A DNA stretch of 64,000 nucleotides from Fistulifera solaris (GCA_030295235.1 AP026125.1:1860001-1924000); one strand, 5' to 3'. Counted from the first letter of the stretch, positions 49,155 to 60,495 are shown. Made by a program: numbers and translations. The notes: generated from the letters alone by a model not told the origin.

Positions 49155-50099
49155 AAATCTCCTTTTCTAAAGCTCGCTTCTTATGAAATTATATGCGACT
49201 AATGCAGATGAAGCGCATTTCGTAATAAAGTAAAGCCCGTTTAGTTGAGATGGATAATGATTGACAAAAGAGAATTGAAACACGTGACACGAGTGACGAA
49301 GAATGGTGTGGGTGGCCAATTATTTGCTTTGTTGGTTCTGTTCTGCCGCCGTTGCTCTTCGCCGTTTGTTTGGCTGTTTTCTGCGACGAGACGCGGTTGA
49401 AGGATAGGACAAAAAGCGAGCGTTCAAGCTTCAAGCTACCTTTTTCTACATACAAATGCATAGTAAATTTACTCCGAATTCGGATTATCTTGTACAGTAT
49501 CTGACTAGTGTGGCGTGTCGTGTCGTCGTGTCCGGTATTCATATCATGGTGTATCTCAATCCCTAATAATGTGACCTGCTTCCTGTGACTCTGATGTGAG
49601 ATGTGACCCGCGTCTCACTATTACTCTCTACTTTGTACGCTACATACGTTTATTTAGCATATTGTTTGAAAGTACAATCCCAGAGTCATTGTGTCCTGAT
49701 GCCTGATGCCTCGAACAACGAAAACTGCACCTCCTTTCGGGAAAGAGTGTGCGAGTTTGTGTGAAATCTTTTCGTTTGCGATGGTCTTCGGCATTGACGG
49801 TCACCATTCTCGAGTTTGCTTCCTGTTATTACCTTGCCGGTTCCACATCATAGTCCTTTTTGAAGATAGGAACCCTTTAGCAACAAACAAAGCAAGTCGA
49901 CTTGACATCAACAGCATAGTATCATCAAAACATCAAGCTTTGCTGTTTGACAAGAGGGCATTTGACACAAGCCGCTATTTCGCCAGCGATTCGAGTCATT
50001 TCCGGGAGTTTCGGCCGTCGGCATATCTTGTCAACCATTTAGCATTTGTCTAGCTTCATTCATATCATTCTATCCTTCTTGTAATCAAATACACGCACC

Positions 50100-51524
50100 A
50101 TGTTACGGTCCTCATGGGTGAACCTTTTATTTTCTTTCTCCTTCCTCTTGCACAATGCCACATTGGTCGAGGGCAACTTCTTCTCAAGAATCTTAAGTTT
50201 CGGAAATGATGAAGAAAAGCCTCCACAGCCATCTGGAGCAAGACACGCAACGGGAGCAATGGGAAAGGTTGGAAGTATCATAGCGTTCGATAAGGGAATT
50301 CTTATGGCTCATCTTGCCAACAATAATAGAATCCCTTTGATCGGTGTGGGAGTGGGAAATGCGCCTCGACATCACGTTTCCTCTTTGGTGTCGGAAGCCG
50401 TGCAAGATAACAAGCGAATCCGACTGATCGATACATCCCATGCCAGTGGCAATGAAGAATTAGTAGCCCAAGGCATCATAGCTGGTGCTGAAAGACTTGG
50501 TCAAGATGAAAAACTGGAAGTACACGTTGTAACGAAAGTATGGTACACATATTTGGGTTATGAACGCACAAAAATTTCGGTTGAGGAATCGCTGAAATCC
50601 TTCGAGGCGGCAATTCAGCACCCCAAGGTCAACCTCCGACTTCACGTGCTACTGCACTGGCCGAAATGCTTTGATAACATCGAGTGGATGAACTGTGCCG
50701 GCGAAGAAGAAGCTATGGACCCCAAGGTCAAAGCTGCAGGACCGGATCCGACCAAGGACCCGGAAAATGCTTGGAAGGAGAGCTGGAAATACCTTGAAGA
50801 ACTGTACTTGTCTGACAAATATCCTGTAGAGAGTATCGGCGTGTCAAACTTCCACTTGCATGATGTGGAGAAGATGGACAGGTTTGCTAGAATTCATCCG
50901 CATGTTCTACAAGTCAACCTCTGGAATCTACTTTACGACCCCATGCTGGTGGACTACTGCCACAAGCATCGAATCCACTTGCAGGTGTACAATGCAATGC
51001 ACGGCACGGTTGTGAACGCCGGACGAGCACCGCACGCGTTCCACCATCTACAGAAAGTCGCCAACGACCTCACCACTTCCGCTGGTCTCCCCGTAACGCC
51101 AGCACAAGTCATTCTGGCTTGGCTCGTGCAACACGGTGTATCGGTAATCCCACGAACGTCCAAGCTCACCCGACTGGAAGAAAACTCGGGGGTCGTCTTA
51201 TCGGCGATTCCGGCTATGAATGACGAACAAGTGGAGATCGTCGCGAACGCGGTAGAAGCGTACTTGAGCGGCGAAGATATGGAAAAAGACATCCATGTTT
51301 CGGTCACATTCCACGCTATCACTCATGATATCATGTTGTATTGGCTTGGATCGGATGGAAGCGAAACCCGAATCGATCACATCTGGAAAGGAGAGACGTT
51401 CGACGAAGTCACATATCCCAACCATCGATTCCGTACCTATAATGCGTACAACAAGGACGAATATGTAGACCACGTGATCGATGCAAACTTTGGCGAGCAC
51501 AAGAATATTCATGTAGAACTCTAA
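50100..51524 (+). CDS. Secretory-pathway aldo-keto reductase-like protein with extra C-terminal domain, ending HVEL
   Basis: Signal peptide; IPLIGVG, LIDTS, VVTKVW, LLHWP, IGVSNF and AQVILAW...VIPRT. Confidence 0.85.
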   Translation: MLRSSWVNLLFSFSFLLHNATLVEGNFFSRILSFGNDEEKPPQPSGARHATGAMGKVGSIIAFDKGILMAHLANNNRIPLIGVGVGNAPRHHVSSLVSEAVQDNKRIRLIDTSHASGNEELVAQGIIAGAERLGQDEKLEVHVVTKVWYTYLGYERTKISVEESLKSFEAAIQHPKVNLRLHVLLHWPKCFDNIEWMNCAGEEEAMDPKVKAAGPDPTKDPENAWKESWKYLEELYLSDKYPVESIGVSNFHLHDVEKMDRFARIHPHVLQVNLWNLLYDPMLVDYCHKHRIHLQVYNAMHGTVVNAGRAPHAFHHLQKVANDLTTSAGLPVTPAQVILAWLVQHGVSVIPRTSKLTRLEENSGVVLSAIPAMNDEQVEIVANAVEAYLSGEDMEKDIHVSVTFHAITHDIMLYWLGSDGSETRIDHIWKGETFDEVTYPNHRFRTYNAYNKDEYVDHVIDANFGEHKNIHVEL

Positions 51525-51770
51525 TACCTCGGTATTCTGTTATTAACACACAATAATTTCACTTCATTCACGACAAGTCAAACATCTTCATAGAAGACAC
51601 CGAATCAGTAGATTTAAGACTCGTTGGAAGCGCAAGTCATCTACACTCTTAGATTTATGGGAAGATAACAAGAACAAGGCGTGAAACTATTACTGTACAG
51701 ACTTTCGAAGTACATCAATCTCCTCTATCTATTTTCAAACTACTAAAAACTAGCCGATTTCGAACCGAGT

Positions 51771-52136
51771 TTAGAAAAGACCGAACAACTTCTTCTTGGG
51801 GGCTTCTACCTTGGCGGCCGCTTTCACGGGGGCCTTCTTGGCGACTGGTGCCTTCTTGGCAGCAGGGGCCTTGGCAGCGGCTTTGACAGGTGCCTTGGCA
51901 GCGGCTTTGACAGGTGCCTTTTTAGCGGCGACGGCCTTGACAGGGGCCTTCTTCTTGGGCTCTTCGACGTACATTGTTTCGTTCTCGAACTCCCATGACT
52001 GTTTTCCTCCTCGGCTGTAGGCGTTGTTCAATCCGAACAAAGAAGTGCTTGCTCGCGATTGAGAGGAGGGTGCGAAAGCCATGCAGGCAGTGATCGCAAC
52101 AAGAAGAAGGAGAGTGGAAAGAATAGACTTGGCCAT
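51771..52136 (-). CDS. Small plastid-targeted Lys/Ala/Pro-repeat protein (121 aa)
   Basis: Signal peptide ending CMA-FAP, Ser-rich transit peptide, repeated KAPVKAAA units and a KKKLFGLF end. Confidence 0.85.
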   Translation of the reverse strand: MAKSILSTLLLLVAITACMAFAPSSQSRASTSLFGLNNAYSRGGKQSWEFENETMYVEEPKKKAPVKAVAAKKAPVKAAAKAPVKAAAKAPAAKKAPVAKKAPVKAAAKVEAPKKKLFGLF

Positions 52137-52500
52137 TTTAAAAGTGATAGATAAATTGCTTTTGTTATGAAAAGAAAAGTGAGAAGCGATTGTGTGGAGA
52201 AAAAGATCGTCCAACGGCGATGTAACGAGTGACGCAATTACTTTGTGACGTAAAGCAATCGCTACGTTGGATTTCTGAACACACGGGAAGCTCGCAACAA
52301 GCCACGAGCCACCAAATACGAAAACTACACCCCTCTCTCCCCGCTTTCCTACTTCATCACAGTGTTTCCTCTCGCACCCATCACAAAGATCGGCATTTGA
52401 TGGGGTCGAACAAGGGAAAATGTCCGCTGACTCACTCGACAGACTCGCCCGGCGCACCGGGAAAATGACGACGTCATACGTCATCATCGCACGGATCACG

Positions 52501-52756
52501 CACGTACTGTAAGGAAATTTATCGACAGACGAGAACCCGGATATTCATCAATCTCGAAGACTCCATTTTCCCGGTTGATTGTGCTCCAATGGCATCCCGC
52601 TTTCACAAATATGCATGATGCTTGTAATGCATCCAGTACTTACATCAAAATAGATTGAAATACGGAAAAAACGAAAGATGCAACGTTACCAAATGTCTAC
52701 GTAGATTCTACGTAGCATTCGTAAGGAAATTTATCGACAGAGGGGAACCCGGATTG
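52501..52756. repeat. ~213-bp repeat family copy (one full monomer plus part of a second core), inverted relative to the 18.4-19.1 kb array
   Basis: The reverse complement of 52692-52754 reads TCCGGGTTCCCCTCTGTCGATAAATTTCCTTACGAATGCTACGTAGAATCTACGTAGACATT, versus TCCGGGTATCCCCTCTGTCGATAAATTTCCCTACGAGAGCTACGTGAAAACTACGTAGACATT at 18570. Confidence 0.88.
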
Positions 52757-53120
52757 CACCGCATCATTATTTGCAGCAACTAAAAAGAATACCTTCTTTT
52801 TCATTCATTACGAACTCATTAAAACACACTATCACCCCATTAAGTTGAAGTTCTCGTCGCAATGCAATGTTTTGTGGAAAGTGGGATCTTCCTGTGATCT
52901 TCCTAACCGTGACGACGACCTCCTGCGATGATTCGAGTGCAAGGCGTTTGCTTCGGAGAGTCATGTTCCTTCGTCTGCAGCAATCAGCAAACATAACCGC
53001 GCATTTCGCATTGCTGTGAAGCAAGGTTTTATCTTTCATTTGCTTCGCTTCTACAAAGTTACAGCTTTCCTTTTCAAACTCCTCTTCGTAGCTATTTCGC
53101 GCAACAAAAGCTCAGTCAAA

Positions 53121-54722
53121 ATGTCGCGAACGACGGATCCTTATCTACAAATCGTTCGACGGGACCGGATGACACCACGGCAACAGGCTCTTGTACCCGC
53201 ACATTTGCCAAGATCCTTGACCTTGTATGAGTTCCGACAAGACCCGACACGTTTAGACGACATTAACTGGCAGGAATACGGTTCGATAGCGATCTGGAGT
53301 AGCAACGGGTCCGTCATTTTTATTATCGAAGATCAATACTTCAAACCTTTTGGGGACGCCATGTGCTTTTTTTTACTTAGCGATCGTCTGCGCGGCTCGA
53401 TTTACGGTGAAACGGATGCCGCGATTGCGGAAACGGCAACATTCTTCTGGTCCCTTCAGTATCCCGAACATTGGGGCGAAAATCACCTTCAAATTCGCTT
53501 AGGATTTGTTCCTCCTGGAAATTCTGAATTCGATTTCGCCGCACTTTTACCCGCGCAGCTCGAACAGATTTTAGACTCTACGCGTTTTATTACTTTGTCA
53601 GCAGGGACCTTTACGGCTGAGCAGTCCGTCATACTCGCAACACGACCCTATCCCTTAAACATAGTGTTGAGTGGAAGATTTACGTTTGTTGACCAGGGAA
53701 CCGCATTTGTGCATGCGCTGCAAACACGCGAATCGCCTTTCGGTTTCCTCGAAGTAATCGGTCGAAGAAACGGGAGACCTTTCAGTGTTGAGAATTTGCA
53801 GCTACTATTTCAACTAAATTTCATTTTGGAGCACCTTCGGTGTCACATTGATGACGAAGAATGTGCTCTTCTTCCGATTTCCGCAAAGGTGAATAAGCTG
53901 CACTATCGGATGAGTACAAATTACGTTCGGCCGGATGATTTTGCTTCCATCGATATTGAAGCGAACGACTTTACTCTCGAATTGTCCGTGGATGGTAATC
54001 ACGAGAATTGGGACTCGCTTTTGATTGCAGCCCTTCATCGAGTAGCTGAGCTGGGTCACTTTGAACGATTATGCTTCTCTGTCTTTTCCGATTATCCTCG
54101 AAAAATGGGGTTTGACAGAGTGGCTCGAGTTGTTGATGCACTGATTCGTGCTATCCATGCAAATCCCAGTCTAGCATGTTTGGATTTGAGTAGCGATCGA
54201 CAGTCTGTACGTTGGTCTCCTCATTTCCAACCTCTTTTCCAGTCAATGGAAGAACACCCCGGACTGCGTACTTTTGTAGTGCAAAGCTGCACGCGTCGGG
54301 ATGAAGAGGTCTATAATTTTCATGAGCCTCTTTTTCAGTTCGACTTTTCCTGGTTACAGCAGCTCCTCTCAAGCAATCGACGCATTGCGGTCGTTGATCG
54401 TTCGGGTCAAATATGTTCGAATGGACCCGTAATCGACAGAATGTATCTACTCAACCGCTTCTATCTAGGCTCGGAAAGTCTTTTGCAGGAATTAACAGCA
54501 TCACGGCCGGCGTTGGTGCCGTCAGCGTTGGTCGACCGGGCTTCAAATAACGCTCAGTACATTGCATTGCTACTGTCGCATCACACCGACGTGCTGTGCG
54601 GGGTTGTTCAAGATTTCGATGTAGGAGAAGTGGCTAGTTTGCAATCCGTATCGGAAGGTGAGCCGTCATCAGGCACGCTGCGTCCAAACGCTTTGAAACG
54701 CGAAGCACCCAGTCACTTGTGA
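53121..54722 (+). CDS. Intronless hypothetical protein, RNI/LRR-like, lineage-specific multigene family member
   Basis: 533-codon ORF with IYGETDAAIAETATFFWSL and ALIRAIHANPSLACLDLS...MEEHPGLRTF. Resembles an expanded Fistulifera family (from memory, not verified). Confidence 0.75.
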   Translation: MSRTTDPYLQIVRRDRMTPRQQALVPAHLPRSLTLYEFRQDPTRLDDINWQEYGSIAIWSSNGSVIFIIEDQYFKPFGDAMCFFLLSDRLRGSIYGETDAAIAETATFFWSLQYPEHWGENHLQIRLGFVPPGNSEFDFAALLPAQLEQILDSTRFITLSAGTFTAEQSVILATRPYPLNIVLSGRFTFVDQGTAFVHALQTRESPFGFLEVIGRRNGRPFSVENLQLLFQLNFILEHLRCHIDDEECALLPISAKVNKLHYRMSTNYVRPDDFASIDIEANDFTLELSVDGNHENWDSLLIAALHRVAELGHFERLCFSVFSDYPRKMGFDRVARVVDALIRAIHANPSLACLDLSSDRQSVRWSPHFQPLFQSMEEHPGLRTFVVQSCTRRDEEVYNFHEPLFQFDFSWLQQLLSSNRRIAVVDRSGQICSNGPVIDRMYLLNRFYLGSESLLQELTASRPALVPSALVDRASNNAQYIALLLSHHTDVLCGVVQDFDVGEVASLQSVSEGEPSSGTLRPNALKREAPSHL

Positions 54723-54928
54723 TCTGCTGCAAAAAATCCAGCTTGCAAAATTTTTGAGAATTCTTCGATTTCTTATATTCAATCTGTTTCGGTTTCGTAT
54801 CCAAACTAGTAAAAACATTGTATTTAACAGTTTGGTTTTATTTTCTAGTAAAAAGTCCTATCCACGTTGTTGGTTCTTACTCTCGCGATAGAAGTCACTC
54901 GATATAAGCCACTAGAAACTGATTCAGA

Positions 54929-55043
54929 ATTGTGCTCAAATGGCATCATCGTTTTCACAAACATGAATTAAAGAGTGTAAAGAGGACCTATGTAATGTCC
55001 AATGCTTCAAAAAATAATGTTGGACACAGGGGATACCTAGGAG
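54929..55043. repeat. Degenerate remnant of the ~213-bp repeat family, same orientation as 52501-52756
   Basis: ATTGTGCTCAAATGGCATCATCGTTTTCACAAACATG matches 52578 ATTGTGCTCCAATGGCATCCCGCTTTCACAAATATG. GACACAGGGGATACCTAGGA matches the core end GACAGAGGGGATACCCGGA. Confidence 0.65.
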
Positions 55044-55099
55044 TCCAATATGTTTAAGACTGCTTTTCGCTGACTCGCTAATTCGGTGATCTGTTTTTT

Positions 55100-56293
55100 T
55101 TACTTCTTCGAAAGATGATAGGCTCCGAACGTGTCTTTGTCTTCATCAGTGTCCTGGAGACGCCGATCAACTTCCAGGAACGGAGGAAGATCAACTTCAG
55201 GCTCCGCTTTTCCTGAAGCTTCCACCTGGGCGTGTAAGATACACAGCCCTTCCTTGGGTGACTGAAAGATATGAACGACAAAGCTTTGCTTGTTGTACAA
55301 AAAGCTTATACGTCGCTGTTGTACTACATGACGACTCGTGTCACGAGTTGCCGATGTGGACATGTACTCTCGTTCAGATATTATGCGCTTTTGCTCGATC
55401 AGTTCTCCGTCTTCGGTCCACTGCGCCAGTGTAGATTGATACACACTACCGAGACGTCGACCGTCAGGATCAATGTTAGTTCGTCGTCGAATGAAGCTGT
55501 AGCTGCTTTTATCGTCGTGAATGTGCTTCAGATAGATCTTCTCAACTTCAAATTCTTTGTAGGCGATATCAGAAGGAAACTTCGAGAGATCAGGCTTGCT
55601 CTTCAGCAAGAATTTCGCCGATCGACGCTTCAAGTTGGATGGGAGACCGACAATCTTGCTCAATGTGTCTACCAAGCGTGACATTTTCCCCTCAAAATCA
55701 GTAGAATTATCGATGAAGTAAAAGTGCGGATGTCCTACCCATGCATTTTGTGTCTTTTGATCTACTTCACGTGCTTCTTCCTTCGTTTCTGTGCGAACCT
55801 TGTTGTTTTCAAGTGTATAAAAGGGCTCCGCACCGTCTGCAGCTGTTATGAGATGGAAAATAGCGTCGTATCGATTGTCACGAATTTGCACAATATTGGT
55901 GTCCATCTCGCTCAGCAACTCCGAAAACTCCTTCTGCGGCATGTACACACTCCCATCCATCGTCCCACGATCACAGAGCATGACTCCAGGTTTACCTCTT
56001 GCTTTTAGTACGCGATGAATACCATCTTCGAGTGCCATTTGAACTTCCAAAACGGTTCGCTGAATCACTTTGGGCATCCCTTGTGTCGAAAAGAAATCAA
56101 CATTCATGCCGTTGGAAGACAGCGTCGTATAGGCCTCCGGACACGTGATGCATTCAAACCCTCGCTCTCGCAAGTAAGAAAAGACTCGCGCGAGCGCAGT
56201 CGTCTTTCCACCACAGGGACCACCCGTAAAGACGAATCGGAAAATCGGAGGGCCGTCCGTGGCATTGAGGTTTCGTTCTGCTTCGGATAACAT
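55100..56293 (-). CDS. AAA_28 P-loop + CYTH domain protein (TRPL translocation defect 14-like)
   Basis: FVFTGGPCGGKTT, CDRGTMDG, RYDAIFHLITAADGAE, AWVGHPH, FEVEKIYL and FIRRR. Confidence 0.85.
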   Translation of the reverse strand: MLSEAERNLNATDGPPIFRFVFTGGPCGGKTTALARVFSYLRERGFECITCPEAYTTLSSNGMNVDFFSTQGMPKVIQRTVLEVQMALEDGIHRVLKARGKPGVMLCDRGTMDGSVYMPQKEFSELLSEMDTNIVQIRDNRYDAIFHLITAADGAEPFYTLENNKVRTETKEEAREVDQKTQNAWVGHPHFYFIDNSTDFEGKMSRLVDTLSKIVGLPSNLKRRSAKFLLKSKPDLSKFPSDIAYKEFEVEKIYLKHIHDDKSSYSFIRRRTNIDPDGRRLGSVYQSTLAQWTEDGELIEQKRIISEREYMSTSATRDTSRHVVQQRRISFLYNKQSFVVHIFQSPKEGLCILHAQVEASGKAEPEVDLPPFLEVDRRLQDTDEDKDTFGAYHLSKK

Positions 56294-56453
56294 TGTTATT
56301 ATATGTTCTTGCTTTTCAATCGTTTATCCATACGGTCAGTCAAGTCAGTGGCCGTTATATATTACTCCGTATGTTAGTTGGAAGTCACGATGAAGATGGA
56401 AGATCCCCTTTCGTCCTCTTGTTCTTTGCTGTTTCACCACAAAAAAATAAATC

Positions 56454-56492
56454 ACGTCATTCGTTGTGATTGGTTGACGTAGTATGACGTCA
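56454..56492. promoter_or_regulatory. Cluster of TGACGT (bZIP/aureochrome-type) motifs with a CCAAT box, upstream of the Ttd14-like gene
   Basis: ACGTCA, ATTGG, TGACGT and ATGACGTCAT within 40 bp, ~160-200 bp upstream of the ATG. Function is inferred only. Confidence 0.35.
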
Positions 56493-56726
56493 TTTTAGTG
56501 TTTGCCGGTCATTGTTGGGCTAGCTTAGCTAGAGCGAGATTGGATATTGAATCAAGTCTAACCTTGTATCGCCTTAGCTGTCAGCTGGTATTAAGAATCT
56601 CGTAGGAGATGCACTAGAAAAAGAGCATGTGATATGAAAGACAAAAGATCAAATAATGTATGCACGATATTTAAACATTGCAAATGAGCACAGGTGTCCG
56701 CTACCGTTAAAACTGGAAGCTTTCCA

Positions 56727-59637
56727 CTACGCCGTCTCAGCGGGGCATTTCTTGTATAACAACGAGTGTAATCTATACATTGCCGGACCTTTGACATAAT
56801 GAAAGGCAACACTCTTTGGAGAACAGTGTTCCGGACCTTCGAAAACACAATGAATGCGTGAGAAAAGAGAAGGAAAGGTGCTAAACTACCGTCTCGGCTT
56901 ACACACTAACCTTCTTTGATATTGATTGAATACTTTGCATACCAATCCGAACTAGGATCTGCCGGTAATCTATAGCCTGTGGATCATAGTATTAAGCACA
57001 TAAATGAGCGGACATAGCACAAACCTGCAACACAGCACAAGCATAGCTACTCACCCCAATGATGGCCCGGCATGAACGGCATGTACCGCTCACTTCCATT
57101 TTCGTCTTTGGTTTCATACGGAAGTACACCAAACTTGCGGAATATTCGCGCTACCATGGTATCCTCTGAAAATGTGTGAGCGTTGGGAAAGAATTCGGGC
57201 AGTCCTTTTACAACCAAAGTTTTCAAAGCCGCCTTATTCATCGTATAACCAGAGCCACCGGAGATAAATATATCATTCATATCACCCTGATACGCGAAAC
57301 GACGACCCATGAACAGAGGAGTCTGGACGGTTTCAGTTCCATCCGGCAAGTATATGCCCCCATTGGATGCAGTGCGGATTTCCTCACTTTCAAGATACTC
57401 GCGCAAGTTCTCCACAAGTAAGTAAAGATCGTCACCGCCGATGTGAAAGAAGTCGTACTTCTCATAGTAGTTGTCATACACATAGCTCCACATACTTCGA
57501 ACTTTCTGCCAGATATTGTTGTATTCCTCAGGACCTTGGTGGACGATGTTCACAGTTCCCAAACTCACGTCTGTTTTGTTTGAAGCAACAACGAATCCAT
57601 CGCATTTTTGACTGATGACGACAAAGCTGGTTAGATTTCTGTTAATAAAGTCAGGTCCGAACTCGTCGGTTTCACTTACCCCCAAGTTTCTCGGATGGCT
57701 GGAATTCGTGGATGACCACTATCGATTGTGTAAACCAAGCAAAAGATCTTGGCGCGTTTGTTTCCTGACTTTTCCATTTCCTTGTCGTATTCCATATCGA
57801 CGTGAACCCTCTCGGTCAACATTTTGTAGTTGTTGTCACGCTTTGCGCACTCGCTGATGAGCTCTTCACCGGCCATGTGGAAATCGGGAGGATTCTTTCG
57901 CAACGCTGTTTCGTCGGCAACGTACCCAAAATTTCCCTCTTCGTCAGTCGCGCCCATGTGTGGGTGTTCCTTGTGTCCACCGCTCACGTCGACGTAGGCA
58001 ATGTCGATTGGCTGAGCTTGTTGTATAATCTTCAAACATTCATCACAAAGAGGCTTCGACGGTTTCGCTTTGTCAAAACGTTGCGGAATTTTAACCTCTT
58101 CATCTTCTTCCTCCGCGAGCTTCTTAACATCATTCGGTTGAGCGCCCCGTTCTACTTTTTGTGGAATGACTATTTCTGGTTCTTTTTTTGGCTCGGCAGC
58201 AACCTTTTCGGGTTCTTTCTTTTGTTCCTTCGCCTTTTCGTTTGTCTCAACCTGTTTCACTGCATCTTTTTCTTTCTGTGTTTGCTTCACTTCCTCTTCA
58301 ATAATGCCCGGTTCAGACAAGATCGAAGTAACTCCTGGATTGATTTGCTCAGCATACCACTGAAACGAGCGACACCGCGTCGGCAAGTCCGGTGTAAAGG
58401 TCGGATTTTGTCGAGCCTCCGCCATGAAGGTCTGCCACTCCAGAGCGGTCATATCGGGACGAGTCTTGGAATACGCATGAAAGAATTTGCGGCCCGTGAC
58501 TTCATCCATCCACGCGGCCGCAAATCGGGCGGCCATGGCCGGAGACAAGGGCGCCGGGGCGCGTGGTTCCTTGTAAGCTACATCCACATCACTTAACATG
58601 TCAATGCCATCCGCACACAACCACAAATTCAATGCTAAATCCAAGTTCGCTGTCCATGCGTCCTCTAGTGACAAATCCTGAATGGGCAAATTTAAATACG
58701 TCTCCAGACGCAGGGCCATGGCCGCTCCATTGAATGCGGGTGTCGGATACGAGGCCCCACTGGATCGATTGATTTCCGTAGGATCGGCATCCAATATCTG
58801 CGCTCGGAAGGTCGCATCAAAGCCCGTGCATTTGGAAGGCCCTTCCGTATTGAACGACACGGCATTCGCGAGTTTGAGTGTTTGTTGTTCGAGCAAAGGA
58901 GGTGGCACGATCAGTGCTTCGGTCACCGCATCGAGCCACGTCCGCGCGATCAGTTGCGCTCCTCCCTGTAATAGCATTAGAATAAAATCCTCTTCGGACG
59001 ATTTCAATCCATTCTCTTCGTAATGTTTTTGCAAAATCTTAATAAATTCGACCGCATCCGCGCGACTCTCGGCAACACCCCGACGATCTTCATTGAACAT
59101 GACATGTATCTTATTGCCGTGGGATTCTTCGTTGTGAGTGTTTTGTGGCGAATGAACATCGGCACGAAAGCCGTGCCAGTGTGGTACTTCTCCTTGATCG
59201 ATGCGTTGAAACCGCTCGAGTAAGGCATCATCCGGTTCGTGACCGTCCACAACGACTGTAACGATGAAAATGCGATTCAAGTCCGTTTTACTGAAAATAG
59301 ACTCGACGGTCGCCACCAATTGATCCGGATCGTCTCCAACGACGGCAAATGCCACACGCGGATGGGTCGGCCCGTAGCCCATGACATCGACTCGATCGAG
59401 GACATTGCGCAGATTCGAGCGCAATTTCGAAGTAAGACTCAATCCGCTGTGTTGTTGTGATAATTCGATACTGTTTGTTGTTGAGGGTACTTCTTCCACA
59501 TGAGGCGCAGAAGCCGATAAGAGAGCCATTAATGCCAGAGGCCAAAAACATGCGATGGCCAGCAGAATGTTGGCTCGTGTGTAATCGGCTTTTGGTTTCC
59601 CTGTGCTTCGGCTATTGCGGAGAACAGGTGTCGCCAT
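56727..59637 (-). CDS. Type II membrane glycosyltransferase fusion: GT27 (ppGalNAc-T)-like domain + GT31 core-1 beta-1,3-galactosyltransferase domain; introns 57612-57679, 56977-57054, ~56837-56909
   Basis: Spliced C-terminus KIFCLVYT...ETWG|QKCD, GGDDLYLLVENL, FMGRRF, SGGSGY, EDTMV, MPFMPGHH and GPEHCSPKSVAFHYV matches C1GALT1. N-terminal half aligns with ppGalNAc-T motifs. Confidence 0.85.
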
Positions 59638-60495
59638 TCTACTGATTTTATATTTCACTTATTGATTGATGATAATAGGAAGAGAACACGCAATAAAGAA
59701 TGTGCATTACATCGCTTCTTTCAAAATAATACGGAGTAAGAGAATGACCATGGCGACAAAGTCGCGCTGCGGGGTGTCTCTCCATGACAGAAATTCAGTC
59801 GCGCCGAAAACGGACAACAGTTTAGGGTTATAGTAAACGCCGCGCCGCAATTTTCATCGTGTTGTGAAGTGTAAATGTAATATAATGTGATATCAGGTAT
59901 TGCTGAGATTAACTTAATTGCTTGAATAGGAATAAAATCATCTCGGAGATGTGAGAAGCACAAAATCGAGCAAAGCTATATTTGATGATTCATGACTCAG
60001 ATTCAATCCTAAAAAAAGTAATCTACAGTTTGTATTATAGTAAAAGGACAAAGTGAACGGTCCAGAAGGAATTCGACATCAATACTCAAGATGTGAGCTG
60101 CAAACGTAAATTATCGTGACTTTAATCCGCGTGGAAAGCCTAGAAAGCAAAGCAATTGTTTATAGGGGAATTACACCATCACAGAGATCCGGAAAATACA
60201 AGAAGGAGCAAAAGAACTGTTTTGGCTTATGACTGAAATCTGAAATTCAGTCCTGAAATCGTGGAACCTACACTTCGATCCGCAGTAAAATGCTATACCG
60301 GTACGATATTGTATTATATACACTCATTCCCGCTTTATTCATTCTTCAACGCACGGCGGGCTGCGGCGGGGACGAGGATGCAGAGCATGAGATGTGACAC
60401 TAACTTTTGGATTTTTTTCTTGCAAACATTGTATTCAACCAAATGATAATGTCTTGCGTCCTTAGATAATCATTTTCATTTACATTTCCTAAGCT

